From: Chrysomallon squamiferum | Taxonomy: Eukaryota; Animalia; Mollusca | Length of the DNA: 64,000 nt | Direction of reading: 5' to 3' | Assembly: GCA_012295275.1 (NCBI GenBank) | Contig: CM022673.1 | Location: forward strand, 11,160,001-11,224,000 | Shown: positions 1 to 50,059 of the stretch, in pieces | Numbering within the stretch: position 1 is the stretch's first letter | How the letters are laid out: each line of letters opens with the position of its first letter | Position numbers and translations under genes: made by a program | Notes under the pieces: generated by a model | Told to the model about the DNA's origin: nothing | What the model saw: the letters and a program-made list of their open reading frames with translations, nothing else | Database searches by the model: none

Positions 1-1588
1 ACAAATTTTGAATTCAAAACAATGAATTTTAAAAATACGGAATAAATTTTGACTACAACTTTTATTTTAAAAAACGGTATAAATTTTTACTATAACATTT
101 ATTTAAGAACACTGGTATTCATTTAGAAGTTTTATTTTCAAAACGCTATCGAGTTTTTAAACAATTGTACAGCAAGTTATCCAATTACTTGTTTGCATGG
201 CACAATATACTAACTGCTGAGTGTTTATAATGACATATGTTTGCCATGAATGCTTACATGTTATATTTCATTATGGATATTTACATGGGATTCACGTTTG
301 CATAATGAGAACTTTGATTTATAATGCGCATTTACAAAAATGAGTTTACATGAAAGCCTATTACATTTCTATTTACATGGACACATAATTTACCTAACTA
401 AATGTATGTTGTTGTTTTTTTTCTTTGTGTCGTGATATTACAGTTACGTCACTTGATCTAGAACACTGGAATGTTACTCCGTTCTAGATATCGTAGAAGT
501 AAACAGACAAAAGGTCAGTTTTAAAGAAGACCGCTCAAAAACAAAAGAATAAATAACAATTCAAGGTTTCTAATAATACATTAATAATACTAAATTATTT
601 ATCATCAGTTTTATTATAATGATGATGATTATGATGGTAATACATAAATAAAAACAACAGTAAATAAATATTGCAGTAATTATAATAAAGACATCAAAAA
701 TAAATAAAACCAAAACCAACAAAAACAAAAATAAATAATCACCAAGAAAAAAACTACAACAACAACAACAACCAGACTTAAAGAACCATGCCAGTTTCGA
801 TAACGGACAGGTATGTATCCAATCTTTTTATATACATACTGCTTCGCAAAAATGAAAATGATTAAGTACGTAAGTAAACATTAAAGTTTCGCGAAAAGAG
901 GGCATTATCTTTTGAATGGGAAATGCAGAGAATGGTTCAGTGAGATAAGAAAGATATCACATTCTCGTAGAGTGAAGTCACGCGCTTTTCTCAGACTGTG
1001 CAAGCCATCCAGCTTTTACGTCACTGCTCTAACAATGGGTTAGATAAAGCGGATAGAGTTACCTACCGTGCGCAGCGACCTCTGAACTGCCGGAGAGGGC
1101 GGAAATAAGTAGATGAAATTACGTCTCCCAAGTAATCACAGATGACATCATCCGAGAGATACGGAACCAATCCGTTTCGTGAACTGTCGTAAAACGATTT
1201 GGAAGTTTGACGGAGTGTGTCAGGATATGTGCAAGTTTAGTGACAAGTAAAACGTTAAAAAAAACATTAAAAAAAACATTAAAAAAAAAAAAAAAGAATG
1301 AAAAACAGCAGAGGATGTTTCAGTGCATTTGGTTGTCATTATCTGTCAGTTTTGGGGTTTTGTTTTGAATGTCCTGAGATGACCAATATGACAATAACTT
1401 AAAGAGACTGCAGGTATGTTTCCCTTTTGTTTTTCGAATATTTTCCCAGTGTGAATGTACTCTGATGATACTAAAATACTCCTGATAGCCTCTCTCTCTC
1501 TCTCTCTCTCTCTCTTTCATGTCTCTCTCTCTCTCTTTCATGTCTCTTTCATGTCTCTCTCTCTCTTTCATGTCTCTCTCTCTCTTTC

Positions 1589-1715
<127 letters not shown>

Positions 1716-1857
1716 GTCTCTCTCTGTCTCTGTCTCTCCTGTCTCCCTCTCTCTCTCTCCTAAACTTTCTAAACTTTGGCGATTCGATAACACAGGCGCT
1801 ATGGAGATTCTTAAAAAATATAGTGATGTTAACAGTATTCTTCCTTTTCTTCTTCTT

Positions 1858-1888
<31 letters not shown>

Positions 1889-2114
1889 TTATTATTATTA
1901 TTATTATGATTTAATAAAACAAAGGATAATCTCACTTTCTGTTAATTACACTGACACCAAATATCTTTGCAACGTTTTTTTGTATAAACAAGGAATCACA
2001 TTCCTACTAATGGTGTTTACTGTTGATATGTTACGTCTAGTAATTAATTATAAGGCTCATGGCCGACAGAATCTAATATTTCCACAAGAAACATAATACG
2101 TTAATTAATTTGAA

Positions 2115-2209
<95 letters not shown>

Positions 2210-2653
2210 AATAAATAAATAAAAATTCAGTTTGTGGAAGAGCTATAATTCCTTTTTTCGTTATTGATTTTATGTGAGCGTACGTTTGTGCATATTACTG
2301 TAAGTGTGCGCACGTTTGTGTGTGTGTGTGTGTGTGTGTGTGATGATGTAAGTAAAAAACAAAACAAAAAAAAAAAAAAAAAATCAATTCGTAACTCACT
2401 GATTATATAAGAACGATAACTCAATCATTTACTCCTATTACTTCCCTTACATTATTTATTGCAACATTTTTATCGCTAGTTTACAAGCGACTTGCTGCCT
2501 ACAGTGTGGTTAATTTCCTCCTGGGCAATAATAATAATGAAAGTGACAACTCGAGAATTGATTCATTTGCGGTAGACTGCAAGTTTTGAAATGTATATTG
2601 TCTCTTCGTTACTCCAAGTTTTCGTAATATATTCAGATCCTATAATATTTTAT

Positions 2654-2737
<84 letters not shown>

Positions 2738-3118
2738 CTTCTTCTTTTCTTCTGATTTTTTTATTATTCTTTTCTTATTATTTAGTAGAAAACTATTTTT
2801 CGGTGTATCACACATTAATGTTCATTTTAGTTGACAGTCATGTCTTTTCTTTCAACAGTAATTGTATACATAACTGATAAATACACAGACAGATACATTG
2901 ATTGTTATATGGACGGATGGATGGATATTCAAACAGCCAGACAGACATATTAGATACAAAGAGAGATAAACAAACATAAATAAACAGTCAGTCAGTCAGA
3001 CAGACATATAGAATAAGAGATAATTATGAGATAATTATAGAATAATGGGGCAGATAATTATGAGATAATTTGTAAGAAAATTCAATGGGGTCCACAATCT
3101 ATCCAGATAAAGAAATCT

Positions 3119-3272
<154 letters not shown>

Positions 3273-3720
3273 TTTGAACTGCAAAATTTCGCAGTCCGTC
3301 ATTTCTATTTATTTTATAATTAAACGTTATTTGCATTAACGATGTCATGATTGGGTTAGGAAGTAACCGGTTCCAACTTCGTTATTTAATATTTTGGCAG
3401 CAGTTTACTCAGTTTGCGCAATAGAGGGCGCTGCAATTGACTCGTGTCGTCTGCTCTGCATAAAATAAATTGCGTTGATTGGCCTTTGCGAAATGGCGAT
3501 TCAGTAATGGTGACTCGGCTGAATTTTATGATAACCTTGGCTCTGATTTGAAATATTTGGAAGTAGTCAAGTGAGAACAAAATAAATGAGAAAAATCGTA
3601 AATTAGTTTCATGTTTAATCTGAAATGGTCATAAATAAGGAATATGCAGATGAATGGTCTGGTCTGCCAAAATAGATGGACAGATACTTAAATAGATGTG
3701 TACACCAATACCCGCCTATA

Positions 3721-3763
<43 letters not shown>

Positions 3764-3929
3764 AGATGTATGTAAGTTCGTAAATGGATAAATATACAAG
3801 CATGCACACATTCACATATTTGCAGATACACATACATACACACGTATACATACACGCATACATACATACATACACTCGTACGTACATACATACATGCATA
3901 CATACACATTCGTACATTTATATGAGAAC

Positions 3930-3987
<58 letters not shown>

Positions 3988-4053
3988 TAGATAGATAGAT
4001 AGATAGATATATAGATGGATGGATGGATGATTGGATGGATGGATGGATGGATG

Positions 4054-4107
<54 letters not shown>

Positions 4108-4519
4108 AAGAATGATAGATAGAAAGAATGATAGATATAAAAATATTCTTAAAAAGACAACAAAAGGAAGACAGAGAGTGAGACAGACAGAAAAACAGAC
4201 AGTGTCAAATTTGAAGACTTCATCCCACATCCAGGTCTCTTGACCTAATCTTGATTTTAATAAGACTGGACACAAAGTCACCACAATGAGTTCCGAGATG
4301 ACTGACATTTTGATTGGAGGAGGCGGATGTACAAAGAATAACTTTTCTTAACGGTGGTAATACAATTAATTTCTGTTCCATTTGTTCAGTAATTGATCGA
4401 CTCTATTATTTGACTGTCAGGATTATAAAGGAGTATTCGTGTTTTATTGTAACTGACGTTTTACCGGTTTGAAGTCTTCCTTTTTTTTATTATTATGGCT
4501 GATATATTTTATAACACAC

Positions 4520-4630
<111 letters not shown>

Positions 4631-5364
4631 GAGAGGCACACACACACACACACACCAAGGAGATGGCATTATCATACTTTATCATTAGTAAAGAAGCTCA
4701 GCCCACCATCTATCCACGAAATTGTCATCTTCGCTAAGCATAGACAATGCAACATCTCTCCTTCATAAACTATTTTAAACAAATCCAAACCACGCCATCT
4801 ATAAAACCGAAATAGGTTTTGAATTAGTGGGCAAATGATGTGCATCAACGAACAAGGTTAAATCTACGCCGAAGTCATGATGACGTAATCGATTTCTACT
4901 GAGACTATTTAATTTTATACTGAAGACTCGGTCTTATGTTCGTTCAAAGTCGTTGTGTCTACAAACAGTATCAGATGCCTAGTTTTTCTTCATTCTTCAT
5001 TTTAAAAATACTGGTTTAGAAAATAAGCCGTCTCCTTTTTGTTGACTTAAATACCTGAATTAACTCTTGTTCCCTATTCATTTATTCTACTGTCTGTTTT
5101 TGTTTCAGTATTTTTATCATTTTCCTCTCACAAACAATACGTTTACAACAAACCGAAAAAATATCGACAGTCATGATTCTTTAATAATTTGTTATGTACT
5201 AGTTGTATCTTTTTTATTAGCAAAGCTTGGCATTCATTTCAGAAAATTGCAATGTAACAAGTTGATAATGGAACGGTGTACGTCTGTAGTTTGTAGTTGA
5301 GCTATGTGTAGTTGCTTAATTAACCAGAAGTTTTAATTTAATATTGAACATTTTGTACAAATGC

Positions 5365-5403
<39 letters not shown>

Positions 5404-7628
5404 TAATAATAATAATAAAAAATAATAATAATAATAATAATAGTAATAGTAATAGTAATAACAATAACAGCATCAGAATCATTAAACAAACAGTTAATAA
5501 TAATAATGCCGAAAATCAGTCTGAACCTTTCGTGCTTTTACGGAAGCGGAAGCGGAAGTTCTGCCATTTTTGTAGACAACGAAATAATTTCACTGAGCAG
5601 TCTGGGGATCAGTGAAAGGTCATATTATATTTACTCAGTTACAGTAAAGGTCAGCACAACCCTAACACTTATCTTTGGGCAACGAGAAATCGTAATTACT
5701 ACTAAATAACTTAATCCTGTTTCCCCGATGGCTGCTCGTCTTGTCGTCTGCCTTTTATTAACCGATTACGCTGTATTTTCACTGTGACGTAAAAACGCCT
5801 CGAAATTTCGCAGACGAGATGCGATGGCACGTGAAACGAAGGAGGGAAACAAAACAAGGAACACACAGGCTTCACTGCCTCGAAACGGCTGCGACGTTAA
5901 TGAATCTTTCGGTCTGTCTTGTTTCCCCTGGTGATAGAAGTCTCGGGTTGGCTGACCGGTGTCCTTCGGGCTACGATTTCAGCGGAGTGGAAACCACGAT
6001 GCAGCATCCGCATGCACGTATACATCATTTATCTCGCTATTCAGAATCATTCAGAGATCTTGCAGACAGAGAAGGACCACGCAGCCCAGTGGTTATATCA
6101 CCGAAACTTCATTTTTTTTATATATATATATATATATACGTCTTTTGGGGATATTTCCAGTTCCGACCTTCATAAATGATAATAGTAATTGTAACTGCCT
6201 TTAACCTTGACAAAGACAAGACTCTATAAGACAAACTAGTATGAAAGAACCAGTAAATTACAGGATATGGTTGTTTAGCTGTTTTATTATCATTATGTCT
6301 ACAGCAGCAGAAATTGTAATGGTAGTAGTAAGAAGAAGAAAGAACAACAACAACAATAATAATAATAATAACAACAAAAAAAAAATTATAAAACTAAATT
6401 TAAAAAAAAAAAATTTGCATGGAGATTAACTGTGATTGACATTAAGCATGAACAACAAGCTACTAAATTTCAATACAGAATTAATTTGTCAAAACAGCAT
6501 TCGTAAATATTAACACATGTCAAACGAGGGATTACGGGATTTTATTAAAGGAATGATGCGTTTAAGAGGGCTTACAGAAACGTCCAAATTTCGAAACGAT
6601 TACCAAGATTTTGTCAGTTTGTGACGCATTCGCTCTAATGTGAATTGGGAAATTTACTTTAAAATTAAAAAAAATATATTATACATTAAAAAAAAAAAAA
6701 AAAAAACGGAAGAAATTTTGAAATGAAAAATCTGAAAACTGACAGAAGAAGATTATACTAATAACTTTGATGATAATGATGATGTCGGCGATGGTGGCAT
6801 TGGTCATGATGAAGATGATTATGATGATGTTCATAATGAGATGCTGACTGTGATGATAATGATGGTGGTGATGAATTGATGAACAGAACTTTAGTTACAT
6901 AATAGGTTTTTACTCTCTCTTTTTTTTTCTTTTAATTATACTGTACTTTCTGCTGCTTTAATTTTCGTAATTTAAGATATTAACAGTTTAAGTACCATGG
7001 TAATAAAACATCAAATTAAAGTTTTACTATCAGCAGTTATTTGACTTCAGACCAAGATTAGTGTGTTAGTAAGTTAAAGAGAAAACAGCATAATGGTTTG
7101 TAGATTCCTAATTTTCTGGGGAATAGGGAGTCGATCCCAAAACCGTTTAGCCTATAATTTATGATAAATAATGCATCATCCTTGGTTATCTTTAGCAAAA
7201 ATATAACAGCTTGTTACATGGTGTGTAAATAAACAAGAAAGTAGGTAAGTAAGTAAATACGTTTTCAGATTAAGTATGGAAACAGCAACAAGTAAGTAAG
7301 TAACTAAGTTAATACGTAAATAATTCCAATAAAGAAAGTCATTCCGCGTTCCCATCAGAAAGGTAATTTTTCGAACATTCGTTGGTAAAACATAAACCAA
7401 CCCAGTGTTGTGTTTTGACAAGCTATTTATACGAGTAACAGTGCACTGACCTGGAAAGTACTACTGACTACTGTGCTCTTAATACTATTTCATTGTGTGT
7501 GTGCTTTGTGCTGCGGCCAAGACGTCATGCACGTGAGTTGAGCATTATTTATAGTAATAGTGTTCGTTTACGCATCGTGACGGTATATTTTAGATACACA
7601 CACATGCATACATACATACATACGTACA

Positions 7629-7659
<31 letters not shown>

Positions 7660-7885
7660 TCCATTTTGTTCTTCGAACTTTACTTGATGTCGCGTATTCT
7701 CTCTCTCAGATTTTTTTTTTTCTGAATCTCTGTAGCTTGAGTCACTTTTGCTCTTCACTTCGTCCTGTTTCTTTCTTAGTCCGTCTCTCTCGCCATCGTT
7801 ATTCCGTTATGTAAAATTCTCTCTCTCTCGTTCTTTCTCTTCTTTATCTCTCTATTTGGTCTCATAATCTCCATCTTCCTTTTTC

Positions 7886-7976
<91 letters not shown>

Positions 7977-8751
7977 TTCCTTTTTCATATCTCTCTCTCT
8001 CTCTTATTCGTATATTGTGTCTCTTTGTCTGTCTGTCTCTTTCTCACACACCCACACACACACATACACACACACACAAACACACACACTATATTCTTCT
8101 TCCTGCTTTATATAATTAGGCACGTTATAATACATGAAAAAGAATTAAAAAATTTCTGTAATGCGTAACCTTCAGAATCTTTAACCTCTTTACTATGACT
8201 TCCGAGTCCTCAAAGATTTCGCTCCCAGCCTTGAGCTGGTTCCCTACAAACCACCCACCAGTACCGCCCTGCTAGAGGGAATTAAAAATGCTAGTGGGAA
8301 GGTCGGTTTTGTTTTGCGATGAAAGCGAGAGAGAGAGAAAAAAAGAGAAAGAAATCGTTTGATACTCTCACTTCAGAGAAGAACGTGAAGGTTTTAGAAG
8401 CTCAAGAAAACAGTTCTATCAACCTCGCTGGTTCAGTAGTTAGCTTACTCGTTGGCCCAATGATTAAAGTAGAAATGTGATTGAGCAGCGCAAAGGTTAA
8501 ATTGTAAATATGGCGGAGCAGTGGTTAAGATATTTAATAAGTTAGAAATATGTAGGATTTGGGTTCACTATTTAAGACAACGAACTCGATGGAGCAACTA
8601 CTATACTGTTCTTTATTATTAAACACAGTTGAAAAGAAAGGAAAAATCATTTTTAGTAATATAACATCATATATACCTCTACACTAAAAGAAAATAATAA
8701 TAAAACATAAAAGAATTATTATTATTATTATATATATTTTTTATTATTTAA

Positions 8752-8790
<39 letters not shown>

Positions 8791-9185
8791 TAATAAGCAA
8801 ATAAATAAATAAAACTGAGCGGGTAAAGGTCATTCATCGTAGTTAAGAGACCCCCATTGCTTACTTTCTGAACAAGAAACATTTCACGTCATATTTTAAT
8901 ACATCTCTCACCAGTAGCGGATTTGAAACGTGAATGAACATTTTTTGTTTCTCATTTCAGTTTTGTTTTATTTTTTGCAGATAAGGAAGCCGATACTACG
9001 TCATGTGGTTCGACAAGATTAACATTGGATAAAAACAATCCTTTTCACTCGATTATTTTGGAAAACTGGGATGATGCCGTTACAAATGGTTTCTTTCAAT
9101 TAGTTCGAGTAACCGCAAACAAATTTAAAAAAAAAAATTTAAATCAGGATATGAAGAAATAATTTCTTTTCAGATCTCTGTTATA

Positions 9186-9244
<59 letters not shown>

Positions 9245-10580
9245 CATCATCATCATCATAATCATTATCAAGACGTTTTCAAGAAATATTCACATCTATA
9301 ATATAATCATTGCAACTGAATTCTCTGGGACATCGTATCACATAGCTTTACAAAGATTTCGACTGCAGATCTGAATTTCTTGGGATATCTATAAATCAAC
9401 AGGTGTATTCTGTTGTTAACTATAAACCCACTAAATTCGTATGCCTATAAAAGACAACCTTTTTTCGTTATAGAACACTAAAACTAATGTGTTTTGGACA
9501 CTATTGAAACAGTTATTAAATACTGAGAATTATCTTGCCATTTTCAAAACTTGGATTTTCTTGATATATTTCCGAATAATATTACTTGGTGTAAATTACA
9601 TCCTTAAAAGCAGGAACTGTTAATTCATATTAAGAACTGGAAATATATTTTTCTATATAAAACGCCAATTTACTTGATATAGGCGTATCTTTCGATATAG
9701 TCGAAAAACTTGATTGTATAAATTATACCCAAAAGCCAATCAGTGTTTGTTAACTTTTTCTAAGAATCTCTGTTTCTTGACATACCCTCCATCACCGATA
9801 AATATTGAAATTAAAAACATTTCTATTTTCTTGATATACCCAAAACAAAACTGTTTCGATGAAAGCCCCTCAAAGCAACAAAAAGTGTTGTTATTAAGAA
9901 CTGAAACATTTCTGTTTGACGACGTAACTGGTAGCGAATAACAGCGAGGGCTGGTGTGTGTGAGAACCAGTCTAAACGGCGAAGCGTTACGATCAGATGT
10001 CGGAATCAATCGATGAAATTCCTTTCTCGCCTCTTCTCCACTGATTCCTTCTGAAAATTTTCCTTACGAACAAAACGTGGGATTCCTTGCAAACGGGTTC
10101 ATTTCTTGTGCCATTAGCGACAGGAGAGTTTAAAATTTAAAAAGTGAGAGAGAGAGAGGGAGAGAGAAAAGAATAATAATCGAAGGAAGTGAGAAAGAAA
10201 GAAAAGAAGAAGAAGTTTGAAGAAAAGAGTGGAGGAAAAATAAATAAAGAAAAAAGATTGAAGAGAGAAGGAAAAATAAAGAAAAGAAGAAAGATACTGA
10301 AGAAATAGATATGGGAAAAGAGTGAAAGAAAGAAGGAAATAGCAGACGACAGAAGATAACGAATAAGAGAAAAGATAAAAGGAAAAGGCTGAAGGAAGAA
10401 AGAAAGAAAAAGAGAAATTAAAAAAGAAAAGAAAACTAACGAAGGGGGTAAGAAAACGAGAATTAATTTCATAAGGAACAAAATAAGACACGAATTTGGA
10501 AAAAAAAAAACAAAAGGAATGAAAGAAGAGGAGACTAAAGAAAAATGAACGACAAGAAAAGTAAACTTTAACAAACCAGG

Positions 10581-10620
<40 letters not shown>

Positions 10621-10739
10621 AGAAATAAAAAAATAAAATAAATAATAATAATAAAAATGTGCTAATTTAAATAGTGTGCATCTAGAAACAACAGCAACAA
10701 CAACGATTCTTACTCGACTCGGAATTCTGAGCGTGGGAA

Positions 10740-11095
10740 ACACAATGGCCAGATAAACACGTTACAAATACTTGCTGTAGAATAGTTACATCAAACACTG
10801 GCTACACAGAGACACGTTGTAGAGTAACTGTATTACTCAGTGACAAACACTGACCACAGAGAAGTTATATCTGACTCTGGTTCCAGGGAACTTACACAAA
10901 ACATTGGTTACAGAAAAATTACGTAAAACATTGGTTACAGAGAAATTACCTGAAACATTGGTCACAGAAAAATTACATTAACATTGGTCACACAGAAATT
11001 ACACGAAATATTGGTTAGACGGAAGTTACATTAAACGTTGGTTACAGAGAAGTTACGAGAAACACTGGTTACAGAGATATAACATTACACTGGCT
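10740..11095. repeat. Degenerate minisatellite, unit about 27-29 bp (AAACATTGGTTACAGAGAAATTAC), directly upstream of the GPCR ATG
   Basis: About a dozen recognisable units. Confidence 0.85.
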
Positions 11096-11099
11096 GATT

Positions 11100-11117
11100 A
11101 TGACTTTGGACTGGTAA
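11100..11117 (+). promoter_or_regulatory. Candidate uORF (MTLDW*) ending 1 nt before the GPCR start codon
   Basis: ATG ACT TTG GAC TGG TAA c ATG. Depends on the exon 1 call and on this region being transcribed. Confidence 0.45.
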
Positions 11118-11118
11118 C

Positions 11119-46213
<35,095 letters not shown>

Positions 46214-46400
46214 CGCGAAGGCGAGTAGAGAACAGAATGACGGAAATAAACGAAGAAAGAAACGCGGTCGTGTGATTCGTTTCAGACCGGTAAAACTGCT
46301 CTCTGGGAATTAGAAGATTCGTGAAAAGACGAGACCAAATCATGGCTGGATTTTTTTAAATTTTGAAATAATCTCAATCATCATTGAATATTACATTACT

Positions 46401-46432
<32 letters not shown>

Positions 46433-46632
46433 GTATTATATCCAAACAAGTTCAAGGGCATGTTCTTCACTAAACAAAAAAAAACTATTATTATTATTAT
46501 TATTATTATTATTAAAGATGACATATTTCCACCATGTGATAGAGCATGTTTAATTATTCTTGTTGGTGTATATATGCTGAAATGATAGTTTAAAATATAC
46601 ACACAAAAAAAGATCAAAGCCTCTTTTCTTTT

Positions 46633-46667
<35 letters not shown>

Positions 46668-46809
46668 CCAAAGGTCCATTTGCTGTTATTTAGATGGAAA
46701 CGATCATGCAGCGAATTGTTAAAATGCCTTTTCTACGTTTAATTTAATATCATTATTCATTGAATAATCTTTGTATACAGATAAAATGCATATTAACGCG
46801 TGTATGTGT

Positions 46810-46878
<69 letters not shown>

Positions 46879-47386
46879 TTATTTTACAGCATTCACAGTG
46901 GTTTGCTACTTCATTGTTCGAAGATGGGTAACAATTATATAAAAAATAACTAAATGTTTGTTTCAACAAAACCTATCGGCTTATGAATAAATACAACTTT
47001 TAATAACCATTTAGTTATTTATGATGATTATTATTATTATTGACTGTAATGGAAACGACATCTAGGGACTTTCTCTGCATGTGTTGTGAGGTAATATACA
47101 TTTTATATGGTGATATCAATAAATGGGCTAATATTTCCAGTTTATTAATTGGTGTGACCTATTATAACAAAATAATTTCTCTATAAAATATCTGAATGTT
47201 GCCATTTCACATTTTCACGTGCGGGAGTCGTGACGTCATTACGTACATTGTGGACTGAGAGGGTTTTATTTATTTATTTATTCATTTATTATTATTTATA
47301 ACACCAGGAAAGTTATTATTTATAACACAGACTGGTGTCATGTTGGCATACAATGATGTTATGACGTCAAAGTCAAAACAAAATTT

Positions 47387-47421
<35 letters not shown>

Positions 47422-47925
47422 CAAGAATGAAGGCAAAGAAATGATTATAGTATATTAGTATTTGATCACAATTCCTTTTTGTTGACGGATCATGAATTAC
47501 ATTTAGATATTTATTCATTTAATCTCTTTTAAACACTTAATTTCAATATATTATCCTAAAAAATACATATTAGTCTTTAATTAACACCTTTTATATTATT
47601 TTCTGTGTATTAAGTAATGTTCACAAAGTGGTACTTCAATCTAAACTTATAAATATATATATAATAAAAAAAATTAAAATGATAGAAAGATATCTTAATT
47701 TAAAAATAAATATATATATAAAAAAATAATATTAAAAAAATTAAATAATAAAGAATAATGCCAGCAAGCTTGAAAATCAATAGACCTTTTGAACTACATG
47801 TATTCTGATATGCAGAAACCTGATTTGGTCCCCAAAAGACACAATAACTTTAAATGTATAATAAACATTCATGATTAAGAAACACAAACAACAACGGAAG
47901 TCTGATACGATTTGCTTCATCATAA

Positions 47926-48001
47926 TGATGGGTTCTGGATTTGAACCAAAATACCCTGGCTCAGAAAGCCAATGCTCTTTACCAAATTGAGCTAACCCAT
48001 C
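47926..48001 (-). tRNA. tRNA-like cloverleaf copy A, anticodon TCT (tRNA pseudogene or SINE head)
   Basis: GATGGGT TA GCTC AATTTGGTAAA GAGC A TTGGC TTTCTGA GCCAG GGTAT TTTGG TTCAAAT CCAGA ACCCATC A. All four stems pair; A-box TAGCTCAATTTGG and B-box GGTTCAAATCC are present. Confidence 0.6.
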
Positions 48002-48695
48002 TGTACTCAATTTCTGATCAAATGCAAATCAATTCAGTTCCATTATTGATAATTTACAAGTATCAGGATTTTCACCAGCACATCAATCAGTTTTTATCTG
48101 AAAGTATGATCTTTATTTATTTTTAAATTATCATATTCAAATCTGAACATCTGTACTATCTACTCTTGATAAAATGGTTAAAATCTAGACAAATAAACTG
48201 TAAAAAATTGGTTATAAACTTTTCCAAACGAATGAGATATTTGGACAGCAGTTTCAAACAACAAAAATGCTCAGTGAAAATCATTTTGTTTTGTTTTGAT
48301 CAGTTCTGTTTTTAACTTTTATTTCAGGCCAGTGAAGTGTGTAAATCTGTTGGATACTACAAATGAATACAGTATAAAGTCAGAAGAGAAAGCTTGACAC
48401 ATCACTAAAAATGTACAGTTAAAATATATATAAATATAATATATATATATATGAAAGCACAATGGAAAAAGGTTTATGATCACTGGTAGATTAGCAAATA
48501 ATGTAATTATTTTTCTTTATTTTTTTTTTTTACTAGAAATGAATTTTACCTTAAAACAAAAATAATAATAAAAAAAATAATTAAAAAAATACTATGTTTG
48601 GTCCCAAAAAGGCACAATAATTTTAAATGCCAATAAATTCATGATTTAAACATACAAACAACAACGATATTCTGATATGATTTGCATCATCATCT

Positions 48696-48771
48696 TGATG
48701 GGTTCTGGATTTGAACCAAAATACCCTGGCATGGAAAGCCAATGCTCTTTACCAAATTGAGCTAACCCATC
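48696..48771 (-). tRNA. tRNA-like cloverleaf copy B, anticodon TCC
   Basis: Same stems as copy A; anticodon loop TTTCCAT. Confidence 0.6.
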
Positions 48772-49983
48772 TGTATTCAGTTTCTAATCAAATGCAAATC
48801 AATTCAGTTCCATTATTGATAATTTACAAATATCAGGATTTCTACCAGCAAATATATATATATATAAAGTGCAAATTACACATCAATCAGTTTTTATCTG
48901 AAAGTATACTTATTTATTTATTTATAAATTATCATATTCAAATCTGAACATCTGTACTATCTACTCTTCAAAAAAAAAATAGTTAAAATCTAGACAAACA
49001 AATTGTAAAAAATTGGTTATAAACTTTTCCAAATCAATGAGATATTTGGACAGCAGTTTCAAACAACAAAAATGCTCAGTGAAAATCATTTTGTTTTGTT
49101 TTGATCAGTTCGGTTTTTAACTATTTTACTTCAGGCCAGTGAAGTGTGTAGAGAAGGTCAGAAGAGAAATCTAGACATATCATTAAAAATGTACAGTTTA
49201 AATATATATATATATGAATACACGATGGAAAAACGTTTATGTTCACTGGTAGATTAACAAATAATGTAATTATTATTTTTTTTTTTTTTTTTACTAGAAA
49301 TGAATTTTACAAAAAAATAAAAAATAATAATAATAATAAATTTAAAAAAAAAAATATTATGCATATCTATTACAAGCAAGTGAAGAAATGTATAATTATA
49401 TATATATATATATTTATTTCATCAAAGCATAGCAAAAATGAAGGCAATCAAATGATGTCTATCCTGAATTACATTTAGATTTTATGTTTATTTTCTTTTT
49501 TAAACATTTAATTTCAATATATTATTCTGAAAAATACATAATAGTCTTTAACAGCCTAAGACAGTTCACCTGCTATTTTGTGTGTATTAAGTAATATTCA
49601 CAAAATTGTATTGTAATCTAAACTTATAAATATATTTCATAATTTTTATAATTTATTTATTTATTTTTTTTAAAATGAAAGAAAGATATCTTAATTCAAA
49701 TATAAATAAATAAATAAATAAATAATATAAAAATGATTGAATTTAAAAAAAAAAGATAAATAAAAGATAATGGCAGAAAGCTTGAACATCTACAGAGCTT
49801 TAGAATCACTTATAGAAAGCAAAGACTGAACTTCGTTAACAAATAAAACAACTACATGTTACTCTGAAATACACAAATGATTTGGTCCCAAAAAGGCACA
49901 ATAACTTTAAATGCCAGTAAATTCACCATTTAATCATACAAACAAAAAACAATGATATTCTGATATGATTTGTATCATCATCT

Positions 49984-50059
49984 TGATGGGTTCTGGATTT
50001 GAACCAAAATACCCTGGCACAGAAAGCCAATGCTCTTTACCAAACTGAGCTAACCCATC
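49984..50059 (-). tRNA. tRNA-like cloverleaf copy C, anticodon TCT
   Basis: Same stems; D-loop AGTTTGGTAAA; anticodon loop TTTCTGT. Confidence 0.6.

Larger units (their letters stand above)
47421..50059. repeat. Tandem partial duplications of a roughly 1-1.2 kb AT-rich unit containing the tRNA-like element (three overlapping copies: about 47421-48590, 48597-49370, 49430-50059)
   Basis: Long near-identical runs, e.g. tttggtcccaaaa..., gatgggttctggatttgaacc..., ggacagcagtttcaaacaacaaaaatgctcagtgaaaatcatttt. Boundaries are approximate. Confidence 0.88.

Noticed and set aside
788-810. ATG CCA GTT TCG ATA ACG GAC AG|gtatgt as an alternative first coding exon of the GPCR
   Set aside because: The donor is phase 2 while exon 2 needs phase 0, and it encodes no signal peptide. 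It could at most be non-coding.
5819-6204. GC-richer stretch with overlapping ORFs
   Set aside because: No recognisable domain or consistent splice sites, and the ORFs run into a (TA)n tract. More likely non-coding or regulatory.
8510-8570. TGGCGGAGCAGTGG...GGGTTCAC, resembling tRNA A and B boxes
   Set aside because: Stems do not pair and it is too degenerate to call; at most an old SINE fragment.
8981-9108. Strong acceptor (ttttttgcag) suggesting an exon
   Set aside because: The ATG frame stops after 9 codons and the donor is weak. It may be a 5' UTR exon, but the sequence alone cannot support it.
47926-48001. tRNA-like copies as a mitochondrial insertion (mt tRNA-Ser UCU)
   Set aside because: It has a full D-arm and canonical A and B boxes, and there are no flanking mitochondrial genes.
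47777-48126. Repeated ORFs MSTDGLAQFGKEHWLS... and MNQNTLA...KANALYQ (also at 48711, 63432 and 63596) as a small protein family
   Set aside because: They are translations through the tRNA-like element and duplicated flank, and their frames break between copies.
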